A stretch of DNA of 63,830 nt, filler included, from Reclinomonas americana ATCC 50394 (Eukaryota): the NCBI GenBank assembly GCA_048213135.1. It is 21 parts of 21 records of this genome, joined end to end, with 100 filler letters (N's around TTAATTAATTAA, not from the genome) between each part and the next. Parts side by side here need not be neighbours in the genome. Positions count along the whole stretch, not along the records: positions 19,487 to 21,961 come from AFZH01022277.1; positions 22,062 to 23,621 come from AFZH01022278.1; positions 23,722 to 25,089 come from AFZH01022279.1; positions 25,190 to 31,210 come from AFZH01022280.1; 17 more parts are not named here. One strand, given 5' to 3'. The notes below the pieces were generated by a model. The model was not told the origin of the DNA and made no database searches. It was given only the letters and a program-made list of their open reading frames with translations. Numbering within the stretch: the first letter of the stretch is position 1; each line of letters opens with the position of its first letter. A program made the position numbers and the translations under genes. Positions 21,180 to 31,310 of the stretch are shown here, in pieces.

Positions 21180-21961
21180 TCAGCGCGAGGCGGGCAACCG
21201 GACGGCGGAGGTGGTGCCGTAGTGGATGTCGGGAAGCAGGTCGCTCGACAGGACTCCGTCGCGTGCGGTGAACTTCCAAGTTGCGCCCGCGAACGGCCCC
21301 TTGACGATGAGGATCCATCCGAATCCCCCGGCCGCAAAGAGCGTCCGCAACGCCTCGCCCTGCGAGCGCGTCGGCGCGTCCTCGAGGATCGCGATCCCTT
21401 TGTCGGTTGGGTCGACGCCGGAGACAAACTCCTCGAGAGTTCCCTGTTCAGTAGTGCCTCGAGCGCCCAGCCGCACGACCTGCGGCGATCCGGACCACGG
21501 GCTGCTGGTCAATTCCAGCAGCCACCCCTCGACGACATCATTGATCGCGTTGGCCGGTCCGTCCACGCTCATGGGTCCGCGGGCTTGGTGGAAGTCGAGC
21601 AGCACTCGGCCGAACTCACTTGTGCCGAGGGTGGCCACACCCGCGAACTGCTCGTTACCCGTGCTCGGCACGGTTTGCACTTGGAGGTAGGCGAGAGAGG
21701 CACTCCATACACGGCCGTCGGGGGAGGAGGTCCATCCCGTGGGCACTCGCGTAGAGGGTGCAGTGAGGTGAAGGTGGATGGACGCGTCGTCCACGGTCGC
21801 CATGTAGAGGCCCGGGAAAGCAATCTGCTCGGCGGCGCTCGCCGCCGTGACGATCTTGAGGGCACTGTCGATGGTCCACGATGCGGACCGGTCGGGGGCA
21901 CGGCGAGTCGAGTCGGAGTTCGCTTTTCCATTCGATCGACGCCAGCGGTACCAGGCGGCCG
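21180..21961 (-). CDS. Hypothetical protein, 5' partial; resembles the middle domain of actinobacterial LysM/BTAD proteins
   Basis: VATLGT..GRVLLD..LELTSSPWS; co-oriented with the WXG100 gene. Confidence 0.5.
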
Positions 21962-22151
21962 NNNNNNNNNNNNNNNNNNNNNNNNNNNNNNNNNNNNNNN
22001 NNNNNTTAATTAATTAANNNNNNNNNNNNNNNNNNNNNNNNNNNNNNNNNNNNNNNNNNNNTACGTGTAACTACGTATAGCCGATCTCCTAGCCGCCGCC
22101 TCGCGCGTGCGGATCGCACGGTCCGTTGCGCGGGGCAAGGTCCGCCGCATC

Positions 22152-22757
22152 TCACCGACGATAGACGCCGTGCCACCAGATCCTTGCGAGTTGTTCGGCG
22201 AATGCGGCGTCGGAGCCGGGATCACCGATGGCAACATGATCGCTGATCGCACGCTCCCCGCCTACAACAATTACCCGCGCGGCGGTTGCGACGTCGAGAT
22301 CGGTAGAGGTCCGGCCAGCTACCTGCTCCGCCCGGAGTGACTCGACCGTCCATTCAGTGAACCGCGAGAGTTCCCAGTTCCAGAGATCGCGCACTCTGGC
22401 GTCGTAGGTAGCGACCTCGGCCAGGGCCTGCCGCACGCCCGAATGTTGCCGGTAGAACCTCAAGACATTCAGGAAAGCGGCTGCCAAACCGTCAACGCCG
22501 GACTGTGGTTTCCATGCCGTGGTGAAGCCGAGGGTTGACGACATCACGTCGGAGGCAAGCCGCACGAGCAGGTCGGTCTTGTCCTTGAAGTTGCTATAGA
22601 ACGTCGAACGGGCCACCCCGGCCTCGTTGCAGATTTCTTGCACGCCTACCTGGGTGAACGTCGTGTGGGTAAGAAGTCGGAGGGTCGCAGCCAAAATGTC
22701 TGCCTCGGCCGACGCGGGACGTCCAGGTTTCGAGATGCGTCGGGTGATGGATGCCAA
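22152..22757 (-). CDS. TetR family regulator
   Basis: ICNEAGVARSTFYSNFKDK; likely TTG start after GAGGAG. Confidence 0.9.
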   Translation of the reverse strand: MASITRRISKPGRPASAEADILAATLRLLTHTTFTQVGVQEICNEAGVARSTFYSNFKDKTDLLVRLASDVMSSTLGFTTAWKPQSGVDGLAAAFLNVLRFYRQHSGVRQALAEVATYDARVRDLWNWELSRFTEWTVESLRAEQVAGRTSTDLDVATAARVIVVGGERAISDHVAIGDPGSDAAFAEQLARIWWHGVYRR

Positions 22758-22828
22758 GTCCTGCTCCTCGAGGTTCCGCAAGGCGGAACACACACGATAC
22801 ACGGTATGCATCTTCGCGGTATATTGTT

Positions 22829-22847
22829 TCCGGACAGTGTGTCCGGA
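22829..22847. promoter_or_regulatory. Candidate TetR operator TCCGGACA-gtg-TGTCCGGA
   Basis: Perfect 8-bp inverted repeat between the divergent tetR and epoxide hydrolase genes. Confidence 0.7.
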
Positions 22848-22873
22848 CTACATGACCGAAATATAGGATTCGA

Positions 22874-24088
22874 GTGACTTCATCAATGAGACCAGGGCCG
22901 ATCCGGCCGTTCCGTAGCGAGACCCTTCCCGAGCAGCTCGAGGACCTAAGGGATCGACTCGCGAAGACCAGGTTCGCACCGGCCCTATCCGGGACGACGT
23001 GGACCCACGGCACTCCACCTGAGTACCTCATCGAGCTCGTGAATTACTGGCGAACCGAATTCGACTGGAAGGTTGCCGAGCAGCGACTTAACGCTCTCCC
23101 GCAGTTCACGGCCGAGGTCGACGACAGCATCCTGCACTTCGTACACGCGAAGGGAGTCGGCCCACGACCGCTTCCATTGTTGTTCTCACACGGCTGGCCT
23201 GGAGCATTCTGGGAGGTCCATAAGATCATCGGGCCTCTGACCGACCCAGCAGCGCACGGCGGCGACCCGGCCGACGCGTTCGATCTGATCGCGCCGAGCC
23301 TCCCCGGTTATGGCTTCTCCCCACATCCCGGCACTCCCGGGCTGAGCCCGAAGGCGATCGCCAGTAAGTTCGACAAGCTTATGACCGAGGTGCTCGGCTA
23401 CTCCCGTTACGGCGCTCAAGGAGGTGACTGGGGTGCAATGATCACCAGTAGCCTCGGCCGCGACCACAGCTCCAACCTGGTCGGCATTCACCTGAACATG
23501 ATCGGCGCCTCGCCGGTTATGAACGAGAGTTCCGCTCCGCTCACCCATGCCGAGCGTGCTTTCGCTTCTACAGCCGAGCAATGGCTTGCGGACGAGAGCG
23601 CCTACAGCCTCATCCAAGGCANNNNNNNNNNNNNNNNNNNNNNNNNNNNNNNNNNNNNNNNNNNNTTAATTAATTAANNNNNNNNNNNNNNNNNNNNNNN
23701 NNNNNNNNNNNNNNNNNNNNNGTGGATCGTCGAAAAGTTCCGGGCCTGGAGCGACTGCGGCGGCGATGTGGAGTCGGTCTTCAGCAAGGACGAGCTCCTT
23801 ACCTTCATCACGCTCTATTGGCTAACCAATACCGCAGCCACGTCCGCGCGGCTGTACTTCGAAGCGCAGCACGGCGAAGGCATGCTAGCGCCCGGCTACG
23901 TGGATGTTCCGACCGGGTACGCGGAGTTCGCGAAGGACATAGTCGTTCCGCCGCGGGAATGGGTGGAGCGCTGCTACAACCTGACCCGGTTCACCGAGTT
24001 CCCTCAGGGAGGGCACTTCGCGGCGCTAGAACGGCCGGATGACCTGGTGAGCGAGATCCGCGAGTTCTTCCGTCCGCTGCGCGGTTAA
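22874..24088 (+). CDS. Epoxide hydrolase (EHN domain plus alpha/beta fold), split by the gap at 23622-23721
   Basis: HGWPG, SLPGYGFS, GGDWG nucleophile; after the gap WIVEKF..ITLYW..GGHFAALE. Confidence 0.9.
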
Positions 24089-24128
24089 AGCGCAATGCCC
24101 GTCTGGGTTTGATCGCGCAGATCGGTGC

Positions 24129-24982
24129 CTACCCGCCGCCGCGAGATGCGCTGGGTTGCGATACCCAATTGCTCAGCAGTTGCAGCTTCTCCGCCGTTGG
24201 TGACCCCGGATCGGCGGAGTACAGAACAAGCGCCTGGCCGCGATCCGCAACGAGAGGAAGAGTCTCGTAGTGAAGTCGTAACTCGCCGACGACCGCGTTT
24301 CCGAACCGCTTGAGACCGTGAGTGTGCTCGTACAACCGGTACTGAGCCAAAATGTAGCGAAATCCGAAGACTCGATAAGTAGGCCTCCGACAAGTCGCAG
24401 AAGGGCCTCACGGTGAGGTCCATTCGCGGCGGCCCGAAGGATTGCCGTCATGTCGGCAGCGTCCTTCTCCCACTCGAGGTACACGTCGCGAGCGCGAGGA
24501 TTGAGAAACATCCATCGCACAAGGTTGCGGTCAGCGGCTGGCATCGCAGGGAAGTCATCGAACAAGGCCACGCCCATGTCGTTCACGGCGAGGACTTCCA
24601 GTATCGGGCCGTGCAGGATTGCCGGTACAGCAAGCGAACGGATCATGTTCACGACCGCGACGCGCGCCGTCGACCGGGGTGCCGGTGGGGCCAGGGCTAC
24701 TTGAGGCCGTGGTTGCACGAGGGATCTGAGGTGTCGGATCTCGAGATCGTTCAAGCGCAATGCGCGCCCAATCGATAGCAGGGCCTGCTCGGAGATGTTC
24801 GTTGCTTTGCCCTGTTCGAATTTGGCGTAATAATCGGCGCTGACCCCGGCAAGGATCGCCACTTCCTCGCGCCGAAGCCCCGGCACCCGCCGTGAACTCA
24901 TTGTGACCGGGAGGCCAACCGTCTCGGGAGTGAGCGCTGCCCGCCGAGAAGTGAGGAACTCCTTCAGGTCGTCTTGCAACAT
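24129..24982 (-). CDS. XRE-HTH / MmyB-like regulator with a frameshift near 24350
   Basis: EFLTSRRA, RRVPGLRREEVA, YYAKFEQG; C-terminus VGELRLHYETL..YSADPGS is in a second frame. Confidence 0.85.
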
Positions 24983-25189
24983 GACAACTAGTATGCCGCC
25001 GCTTTTTCTCAGAACCAGGACATGAGTAGTTCTCACAGGCCTAGGTGGAGCAGTACATGGCACCGCCATCCGGCAACCGACTCTTCTCGNNNNNNNNNNN
25101 NNNNNNNNNNNNNNNNNNNNNNNNNNNNNNNNNTTAATTAATTAANNNNNNNNNNNNNNNNNNNNNNNNNNNNNNNNNNNNNNNNNNNN

Positions 25190-25556
25190 AATTTCCGCGG
25201 CAGAAGCAAAAGCCAGTGACATGGGTGTTCCGGTGATCATCACGGTCCTCGATGCAGGGTGTCATATCACGGCCATTCATCGGATGGATGGGGCCCCGCT
25301 GGGTTCGATCGATGTCTCGATGGGCAAGGCCAAGACCTCCGCCCTGTTCTCGTGTAATAGCGAGGACGTCTGGGAGTTCTGCAAGCCCGGGGCGCCAGCG
25401 CATGGGCTGGAGAACAGCAACGGCGGCCTGATGCCGTTCGCCGGTGGCGTACCACTGCAGGCCCCCGACGGCTCCGTAATCGGCGCCATCGGCGTATCAG
25501 GGGGAGCCCCCTCCCAGGACGGCGAGATCGCACTAGCGGCCGCTTCTGCCCTTTAG
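25190..25556 (+). CDS. GlcG/HbpS family heme-binding protein, 5' partial
   Basis: RMDGA, KAKTS, GGVPL, IGAIGVSGG. Confidence 0.9.
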
Positions 25557-25624
25557 CTCAACCTCAGCGCACAACCACAACACGAGTTCGCTCGATCCGC
25601 AACATCAATGAAAGGAAATTTTCA

Positions 25625-26437
25625 ATGCCTAAGACAATTCTTGTAACCGGCGCAGCGGGCGGTTTCGCCCGAGCAGCCGTACTCGGAATGGCGCGAAACG
25701 GTCACAGCGTGATCGCAACGGTTCACGTGTCATCGCAGGTCACGCCGTTTCGTGAGGAAGTCGAACGCCTCGGTCTGAACGACCTAATCAGGGTCGAGCG
25801 ACTCGACCTCGATGACGCGTACGACGTCGCGCAAGCGGCGACGTGGGATTACGACGTCCTTTGGAGCCATGCCGGCATGGGTGAGGCTGGCCCCGTCTGG
25901 GAGATTCCCCTCGATCTCGTCCGCAGGAATTTCGAGGTGAATGTGTTCCTCCCGATGGGGCTCGTCCAGAGCGTCGTCCGCAAGTGGATCGACGAGGGCA
26001 ACCCGCGCGGCAAGAAGGTCGTCTTCACCTCCTCGATGGGAGGCCTCTTCACTCCCGCGAACTGGGGTACTTACGTGGCGACTAAGCATGCTCTCGAGTC
26101 GTTCGCCGAGGCGCTTGAGCAGGAGCTTGCCTCCTACGGCATCAAGATTCAGACGATCAACCCGGGCGCCTACTACACCGGCTTCAACGAGACGATGGCG
26201 GACAACCCGTTCCGTTGGCTCGACCCCGAGAAGCACCTCACCGACCGCGCGGCGCTGCGCAAGGAGTTCGACGATTTCTTGGCCGCCCCGGAGGGCAGTC
26301 TTGACGCGCAGGAGATGATCGACACGATGATCGACACCGTACCCTCGGACACCGGCAAGTTCCGCAACGTCAAGCCTAAGGCTGTCGAGGACATGCTCAA
26401 GCAGAGCCAGCTCGACGCCTGGGAGAAAATGATCTGA
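25625..26437 (+). CDS. SDR oxidoreductase
   Basis: TGAAGGFA, SSMGG, YVATK, NPG. Confidence 0.9.
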   Translation: MPKTILVTGAAGGFARAAVLGMARNGHSVIATVHVSSQVTPFREEVERLGLNDLIRVERLDLDDAYDVAQAATWDYDVLWSHAGMGEAGPVWEIPLDLVRRNFEVNVFLPMGLVQSVVRKWIDEGNPRGKKVVFTSSMGGLFTPANWGTYVATKHALESFAEALEQELASYGIKIQTINPGAYYTGFNETMADNPFRWLDPEKHLTDRAALRKEFDDFLAAPEGSLDAQEMIDTMIDTVPSDTGKFRNVKPKAVEDMLKQSQLDAWEKMI

Positions 26438-26444
26438 GCCGTTA

Positions 26445-26479
26445 GGGGCGGGTGCGAGCTGTCACGCCGCACCCGCTCC
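26445..26479. terminator. Hairpin between the convergent SDR and LuxR genes
   Basis: GGGGCGGGTGCG...CGCACCCGCTCC. Confidence 0.5.
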
Positions 26480-26560
26480 TGATTAGCTCCGCTTCGGTCC
26501 GGACCCCGAATCCCCGAGCACGGCGCACAGAGTCCGAGAACAAGCATGGTTCGCGCAGTA

Positions 26561-28222
26561 TCACCGTGGATCTTCATGATGGCTGTGGGTACGGGCCGCT
26601 AGGGAAACGGCCAACTGCGCTCGCGACCTGATGCCGAGTTTGCGGTAGATCGAAGATAGTTGAGTTTCCACTGTTCGCACACTCGTGAATCTCTCTGCTG
26701 CGATCTGACGATTGGTGACACCACGCGCAACCGCACGGGCTATATGCCGCTCATGGGACGTGAGGACGGAGAGGACGGAATCGGAAGATGCCGATTCCAG
26801 TGCACGGTCTACCAGGATGCCAAGCGCACTGTCCCCAGTCTGCTGCGTAATCGCGCGAGCCCTCCTAAGTGCCTGCTGTGCATCGTCGAAACGGTCTGCG
26901 AGGCTAAGAGAGCGGCCAAGCTCAAGCAGCGAGAGCACCAGCTGTTCAGGAAATCCAGCGCCTGACAGCAACGCGATGGACTCCTCCAGTAACTCCATCG
27001 CCCCTGCTGGGTTGCTTGTCGAGGCAAGCAGACCGCGGATGCGAGCGACCACTCCGTCGATCAGCGGGCGCGAGCCCTCGGACACGCGCTCGAGCCGGTG
27101 CGCCGCGCGAGCAGCTTCCTTCAAGTTTCCGATCTCCATCGCTGCTCGGGCTAGGGCGAAGTCGACCCACATACGTCGCCCCGGCTCATCGAGCCCGAGC
27201 GACGAGGCGAGTTTCACAGCGCTGGAAAGCTGGTAATAAGCTTCTCGCCACTGCTCACGGCGGGCCGCTGCGAGCCCGATCAACGCGTGGCGAGCCAGCG
27301 CACCGTGCACCGCTGAGCCCTGGAGCGTCGGTTGTAACAGCACCGCTTGCAAGGCGGCCTCGTCCGAGCTCCGCAGTGCTATCAGTCCGGCGGCCCGAGC
27401 GGCGGCCGGCGACATAGGGGCGTCATCCTCGAATGCTCTCAGAAGGCCGTATGCAGACTCAGTACGCCCGGCGTAGATGTCAACAGTAGCTACATGCGTA
27501 GCGAAGATTCTTTCCATGTACGGTTCGTTATCCAGGCGCGCCTGTCGGCGGAGGATGTTGAGAGATGTCCGGGACTCGTCGAGCAAACCCACCTGGTAGG
27601 CAAGGAGGCCGCGCTGAGCAAGCGCGCTGTCGACCGGCGCCACGAGATTCATCCCCTTTTCTAATTCCTCCATCTGCTCCAGCAGTCCCTGATCAAATCC
27701 CTGGCCGAGATCGACCTTGGCTGCTAAAAGAACAGCGATCGCACGGTGACAGGCGACAGGCGCCGCAGAGCTGTGGAGATGACCTAAGACCTCCGTCGCG
27801 AGTACGACTCGAAGATGTGGCTCCGCTGTGGCCTCAGCACGATAGGTCTTCACGATGTTCTGGGTGTCGGGCCCCGCGCTGGCGGTATGGCGCTCGACCG
27901 TATCAAGTAGCCTCAGAGAGAATTCTTCGCCCTCCGCTACCACACCGGCCATAAGCATCACGGGCAGGGCACGATCGAGAATCGGCGCTGGTACAGACAG
28001 CAGGTCCAAGTTCAGCAGGATATCGAGGGCCGCAGCATGACTTGAAGCTCGGAACAGCGCTTCCGCCCGGCTCACGTCCTCCGCCGGGTCGTTGGTAAGA
28101 AACTGAGTCACGAGCGTCCTCCTCCTGCTCCGGTCACGAACGAAATGATCAATCATTAGAGTTGACGGGCGCAGCCACCGGTGTAGGACACCAAAGTCAT
28201 CTGGACGGACGGCGCACCACAC
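26561..28222 (-). CDS. Helical-repeat LuxR family regulator (start uncertain)
   Basis: C-terminal LTSHE..GVTNRQIA..SVRTVETQLSSIYRKLGIRSR. Confidence 0.8.
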   Translation of the reverse strand: MWCAVRPDDFGVLHRWLRPSTLMIDHFVRDRSRRRTLVTQFLTNDPAEDVSRAEALFRASSHAAALDILLNLDLLSVPAPILDRALPVMLMAGVVAEGEEFSLRLLDTVERHTASAGPDTQNIVKTYRAEATAEPHLRVVLATEVLGHLHSSAAPVACHRAIAVLLAAKVDLGQGFDQGLLEQMEELEKGMNLVAPVDSALAQRGLLAYQVGLLDESRTSLNILRRQARLDNEPYMERIFATHVATVDIYAGRTESAYGLLRAFEDDAPMSPAAARAAGLIALRSSDEAALQAVLLQPTLQGSAVHGALARHALIGLAAARREQWREAYYQLSSAVKLASSLGLDEPGRRMWVDFALARAAMEIGNLKEAARAAHRLERVSEGSRPLIDGVVARIRGLLASTSNPAGAMELLEESIALLSGAGFPEQLVLSLLELGRSLSLADRFDDAQQALRRARAITQQTGDSALGILVDRALESASSDSVLSVLTSHERHIARAVARGVTNRQIAAERFTSVRTVETQLSSIYRKLGIRSRAQLAVSLAARTHSHHEDPR

Positions 28223-28578
28223 GAGCTCTGGGCGCTCGCATCGTCATCGGATCAATCGCGAAACGTCTTAACCGCGACGCCGTCGCGAAGTGATTGCGCT
28301 CGGGGTAAACGTTGCGCCTCGCGAGCGAAACGGCCGAATGCAGACCGCGCCGGATTGCTTCAAGTTTACCCTGCTTGCACGAACGCGGTCGCGAGGATCA
28401 CCCTACGGCTTTCGCCCGCTGAGCCCGCAAGGGGTCGGGGTTAGCGTCTTCGACTGGCGCACGGACTTGCGAACATCTCAACCCTCGTCAACGAGGTGCA
28501 GAAGAACTCCGGCCGGGAAGCGCTCGGACTGGGATGAGGAGGTCTCCGAGCGAGCGTGGTCTGGCCACGACGCCGCAG

Positions 28579-29211
28579 TTAGCGGTCGCCTGATCCCTGA
28601 TTCTCCTTGGCACCTCGAATCAAGTCCGCGATCCGACCTGGATCGAGGCCAATGATGAGCCATGTACGCGGCGTGATGGGTTGTCCGTGAGTGACGAGCC
28701 CGGCTTCGAGAGTAGTCATGAACGACTGCGCCTTCTCAGGACACCAAGCCTCTGGGATTGCCGAGATGGCGGCAAGCATTTCGGGCACGACTCCGTACCG
28801 CTCATCGAACTGCCAAGAGGGGTAGCGGCGTCTCTTCCCGACTATGAAGAAGTACAGTGTGCCTTGCTGTGCGCGCCGTCTCACTTGTCGCGTGCCGATC
28901 CCGAGGTAGTCCGCGGTCTCATCGTCGCTGAGCGAATCAATGACGGCGTTGATGCGTGCGCGGTATTCGGGGCGGAGCCTTCGTTCAGTATGCGCCGAGT
29001 CGACGGGCGCGAGTACATCGTTGCCGCGTTCCGCGATACAAGCCGTGAGGGTGACAAGGAGTGCGTCGATGAGCTTCCAGTCGCGTCCTTGCTCAGCCGC
29101 CGTGTCGATGAGAAGTCGCAGCGACGCGGAGACGGTCTCCGTGTCAACGGGGGTCCATTCGGGCTGCTCTCGAACGGTTTCCTCCTCCTGAGGATCACTG
29201 TTCAATGTCAT
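28579..29211 (-). CDS. HTH protein with YPxWQF motif (Rv2175c-like / RES-partner antitoxin-like); start uncertain
   Basis: ETADYLGIGTRQVRRR..RYPSWQF..FMTT..TPRTWL. Confidence 0.6.
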   Translation of the reverse strand: MTLNSDPQEEETVREQPEWTPVDTETVSASLRLLIDTAAEQGRDWKLIDALLVTLTACIAERGNDVLAPVDSAHTERRLRPEYRARINAVIDSLSDDETADYLGIGTRQVRRRAQQGTLYFFIVGKRRRYPSWQFDERYGVVPEMLAAISAIPEAWCPEKAQSFMTTLEAGLVTHGQPITPRTWLIIGLDPGRIADLIRGAKENQGSGDR

Positions 29212-30018
29212 AGGAGAATCTCTCGAGGATTCCCGCGACAGTGTGCGGATTCCTTCCATGATCAAGCCAACCGGCGGGGGATTGGTGGCGACCGTCGATG
29301 GCCAGCTCTGCACGTGGAGCCCTCATGAAGAAATGCTCGGCCGGTAGCGACCATCCGACTGGAATCGACGGCGCGACGATGTCGATGCCGGCGACGACTG
29401 GCTTGTTCGGTTGATCGGAGAACTGCCATGCCGGGTAGAGCACTTCATCATCGAAATCGACAGTGCGGAGATATCCTGCGACCGTTAGGCGGTGCAGGTA
29501 GCTCGTGGTGATGTCCAGCCGCGCCGCGGCCGCGGCCGGACTGAGTGACGCGGTCACCGCATCCTCACGGGGTCCTCTGCTCGCACGCGGGGGCTTCTTG
29601 CTGACGAGGGCTCGAACTCGATGCTCCGCGATGGCGAGCTGCTGCAATCGTCGTCCCGGCCGGAGGCTATTTGCGACTCCTTCGTCGAACTCGAGGTAAC
29701 CACCTCGCTCCCACACTTTGATGACGAAGTAGCGAAACATGTAGCGCGTGTGAACACGCTGGGAAGGACTGTAGCCCTCTCGAAGTGGTGACGGAAGTCC
29801 GCCAGTTTCGGGGAGAAGGTGCTGGAACAGTTCACGAAACGTTGGGCCTTCCGCATGCTGGCGCCGATAATGCAGGATGAACAGCGCTGCTGCCAGGCCC
29901 CACTCCCTCGCGGATTCTCCCCGAGTGAGCTCTTCGACCGTGACGGTCCACGCCGCGGGAGGACGCACTCGTCCGATCCACCAGCGTCGTAGCGTGTACC
30001 CCGACCGGGACTTCACCA
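29195..30018 (-). CDS. LexA-like winged HTH fused to a YPxWQF HTH domain; start uncertain
   Basis: FILHYRRQHAEGPTFRELF..WERGGYL; then AAARLDIT..LYPAWQF..FMRAP..SPAGWL. Confidence 0.55.
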
Positions 30019-30201
30019 TGGCAATCGCCATCCTCACTCTCTTGCTTGAGCGGCCCGAACGGTTGCGCGGGTCCAGCGGCGCAAGGCGTGCACCATCCCT
30101 GCATGCGCGAATGCACACGAGAACTCGAACAGCCGCGGAACAACACTATGGCTTACGAGTAAGCCCATACAGGGGCTGCCATTTGCGAAACGCTGGAACG
30201 C

Positions 30202-30486
30202 GTGACGGCTAGCGCGAGTGGGGCAGACCCCGAGTGGCAGGACTTCGTCCTGAGGCTCTCGGTTCAGCTCCGTCGCATGCGGCTCGAGGTCGGCCTCAGT
30301 CAGGAAGAGGTCGCGCATCGTGCGGGGCTGAGTCGCTTCATCTACCGCCAGTACGAGAGTGGTGAGTCTCGTCGAGGGACCGCCGCGAATCCCGCACTGC
30401 GTTCAGTGCTGGCCATCGCTCAGGTGCTTCAGGTACCGATCGAAGATCTGCTGCCGAAGCCCGTGCCCGACCTTCGAAGCCGGTAG
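30202..30486 (+). CDS. XRE family HTH regulator
   Basis: LRRMR..GLSQEEVAHRAGLSR..YESG..NP. Confidence 0.85.
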   Translation: MTASASGADPEWQDFVLRLSVQLRRMRLEVGLSQEEVAHRAGLSRFIYRQYESGESRRGTAANPALRSVLAIAQVLQVPIEDLLPKPVPDLRSR

Positions 30487-30501
30487 TCGACTGCCCGGCC
30501 C

Positions 30502-31140
30502 CTACAGCTCGGGCTCGCGGTCTGCGTCATGCGCGTCGCGGTGCTCGTTTCGATAAAGCTCCGGAAACCGCTTCTTTCGGTAGTGGACGGATTTGCTCAG
30601 CGCCTTGCTAGCTTCAGTGGCTTCAGTGGCTTCAGAGGCTTCAGAGGCTTCAGAGGCGAGGCTATTTGCCTGTTTCGCGGGTGTCTTCTCCGCCACGCGG
30701 CGGTCCTCTCCTTCCGGCTCAGTGTCGTGATCGAGGTCGGGTAGCGGAGCGTGTGCGGGGGCCTCGGCGCCGGCAGAGACCGGCGCGGGAGATGCGCTGG
30801 GAGGCGGATCAGTGTCGCCAATTGCAGTTGCAGTTGCAGTTGCAGTTGCAGTTGCAGTTGCAGTTGCAGTTGCAGTTGCAGTTGCAGTTGCAGTTGCGGT
30901 TGGAGGTGTCCGCTCCTGAATACTCGATTCACTGCCATGCGCGGAGCCGGGTCGACTCGCGTGGGAGGCATCTGGCGCGAGTGGCTCGGCTCGGGTCTCA
31001 GCCGACTGCCGGGAAGCGGCGACGCGCGCTTCGTGCCAGCCGCGCTTCTCCTCGATCGTCATCTGGTCCCAGACCTGGCGAGCCGCAACGATAGCAGTGG
31101 CGCTCGTGCCCATCGCGACCATCCTCCCGAGGTCAGGCAC
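30502..31140 (-). CDS. Low-complexity ORF, possibly the C-terminal tail of the relaxase
   Basis: The frame continues upstream through the 61-bp contig overlap; contains (TA)n and (SEA/TEA)n tracts. Confidence 0.45.
   Translation of the reverse strand: MPDLGRMVAMGTSATAIVAARQVWDQMTIEEKRGWHEARVAASRQSAETRAEPLAPDASHASRPGSAHGSESSIQERTPPTATATATATATATATATATATATATAIGDTDPPPSASPAPVSAGAEAPAHAPLPDLDHDTEPEGEDRRVAEKTPAKQANSLASEASEASEATEATEASKALSKSVHYRKKRFPELYRNEHRDAHDADREPEL
30611..30655. repeat. 9-bp tandem repeat GCTTCAG(T/A)G x5
   Basis: Read directly. Confidence 0.9.
30822..30893. repeat. Hexamer tandem repeat (TTGCAG) x12
   Basis: Read directly; encodes Thr-Ala repeats on the minus strand. Confidence 0.95.
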
Positions 31141-31310
31141 GAATGCGTCATACCGGGTCGACCGCTCGTCGAGAATGAGAACGGACAGGGGGTCGACAGC
31201 GTCCGTTGAGNNNNNNNNNNNNNNNNNNNNNNNNNNNNNNNNNNNNNNNNNNNNTTAATTAATTAANNNNNNNNNNNNNNNNNNNNNNNNNNNNNNNNNN
31301 NNNNNNNNNN

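Noticed and set aside
30822..30893. Poly-Cys-Ser or poly-Gln-Leu proteins, or a CRISPR array
   Set aside because: These are alternative frames of a hexamer repeat with no spacers
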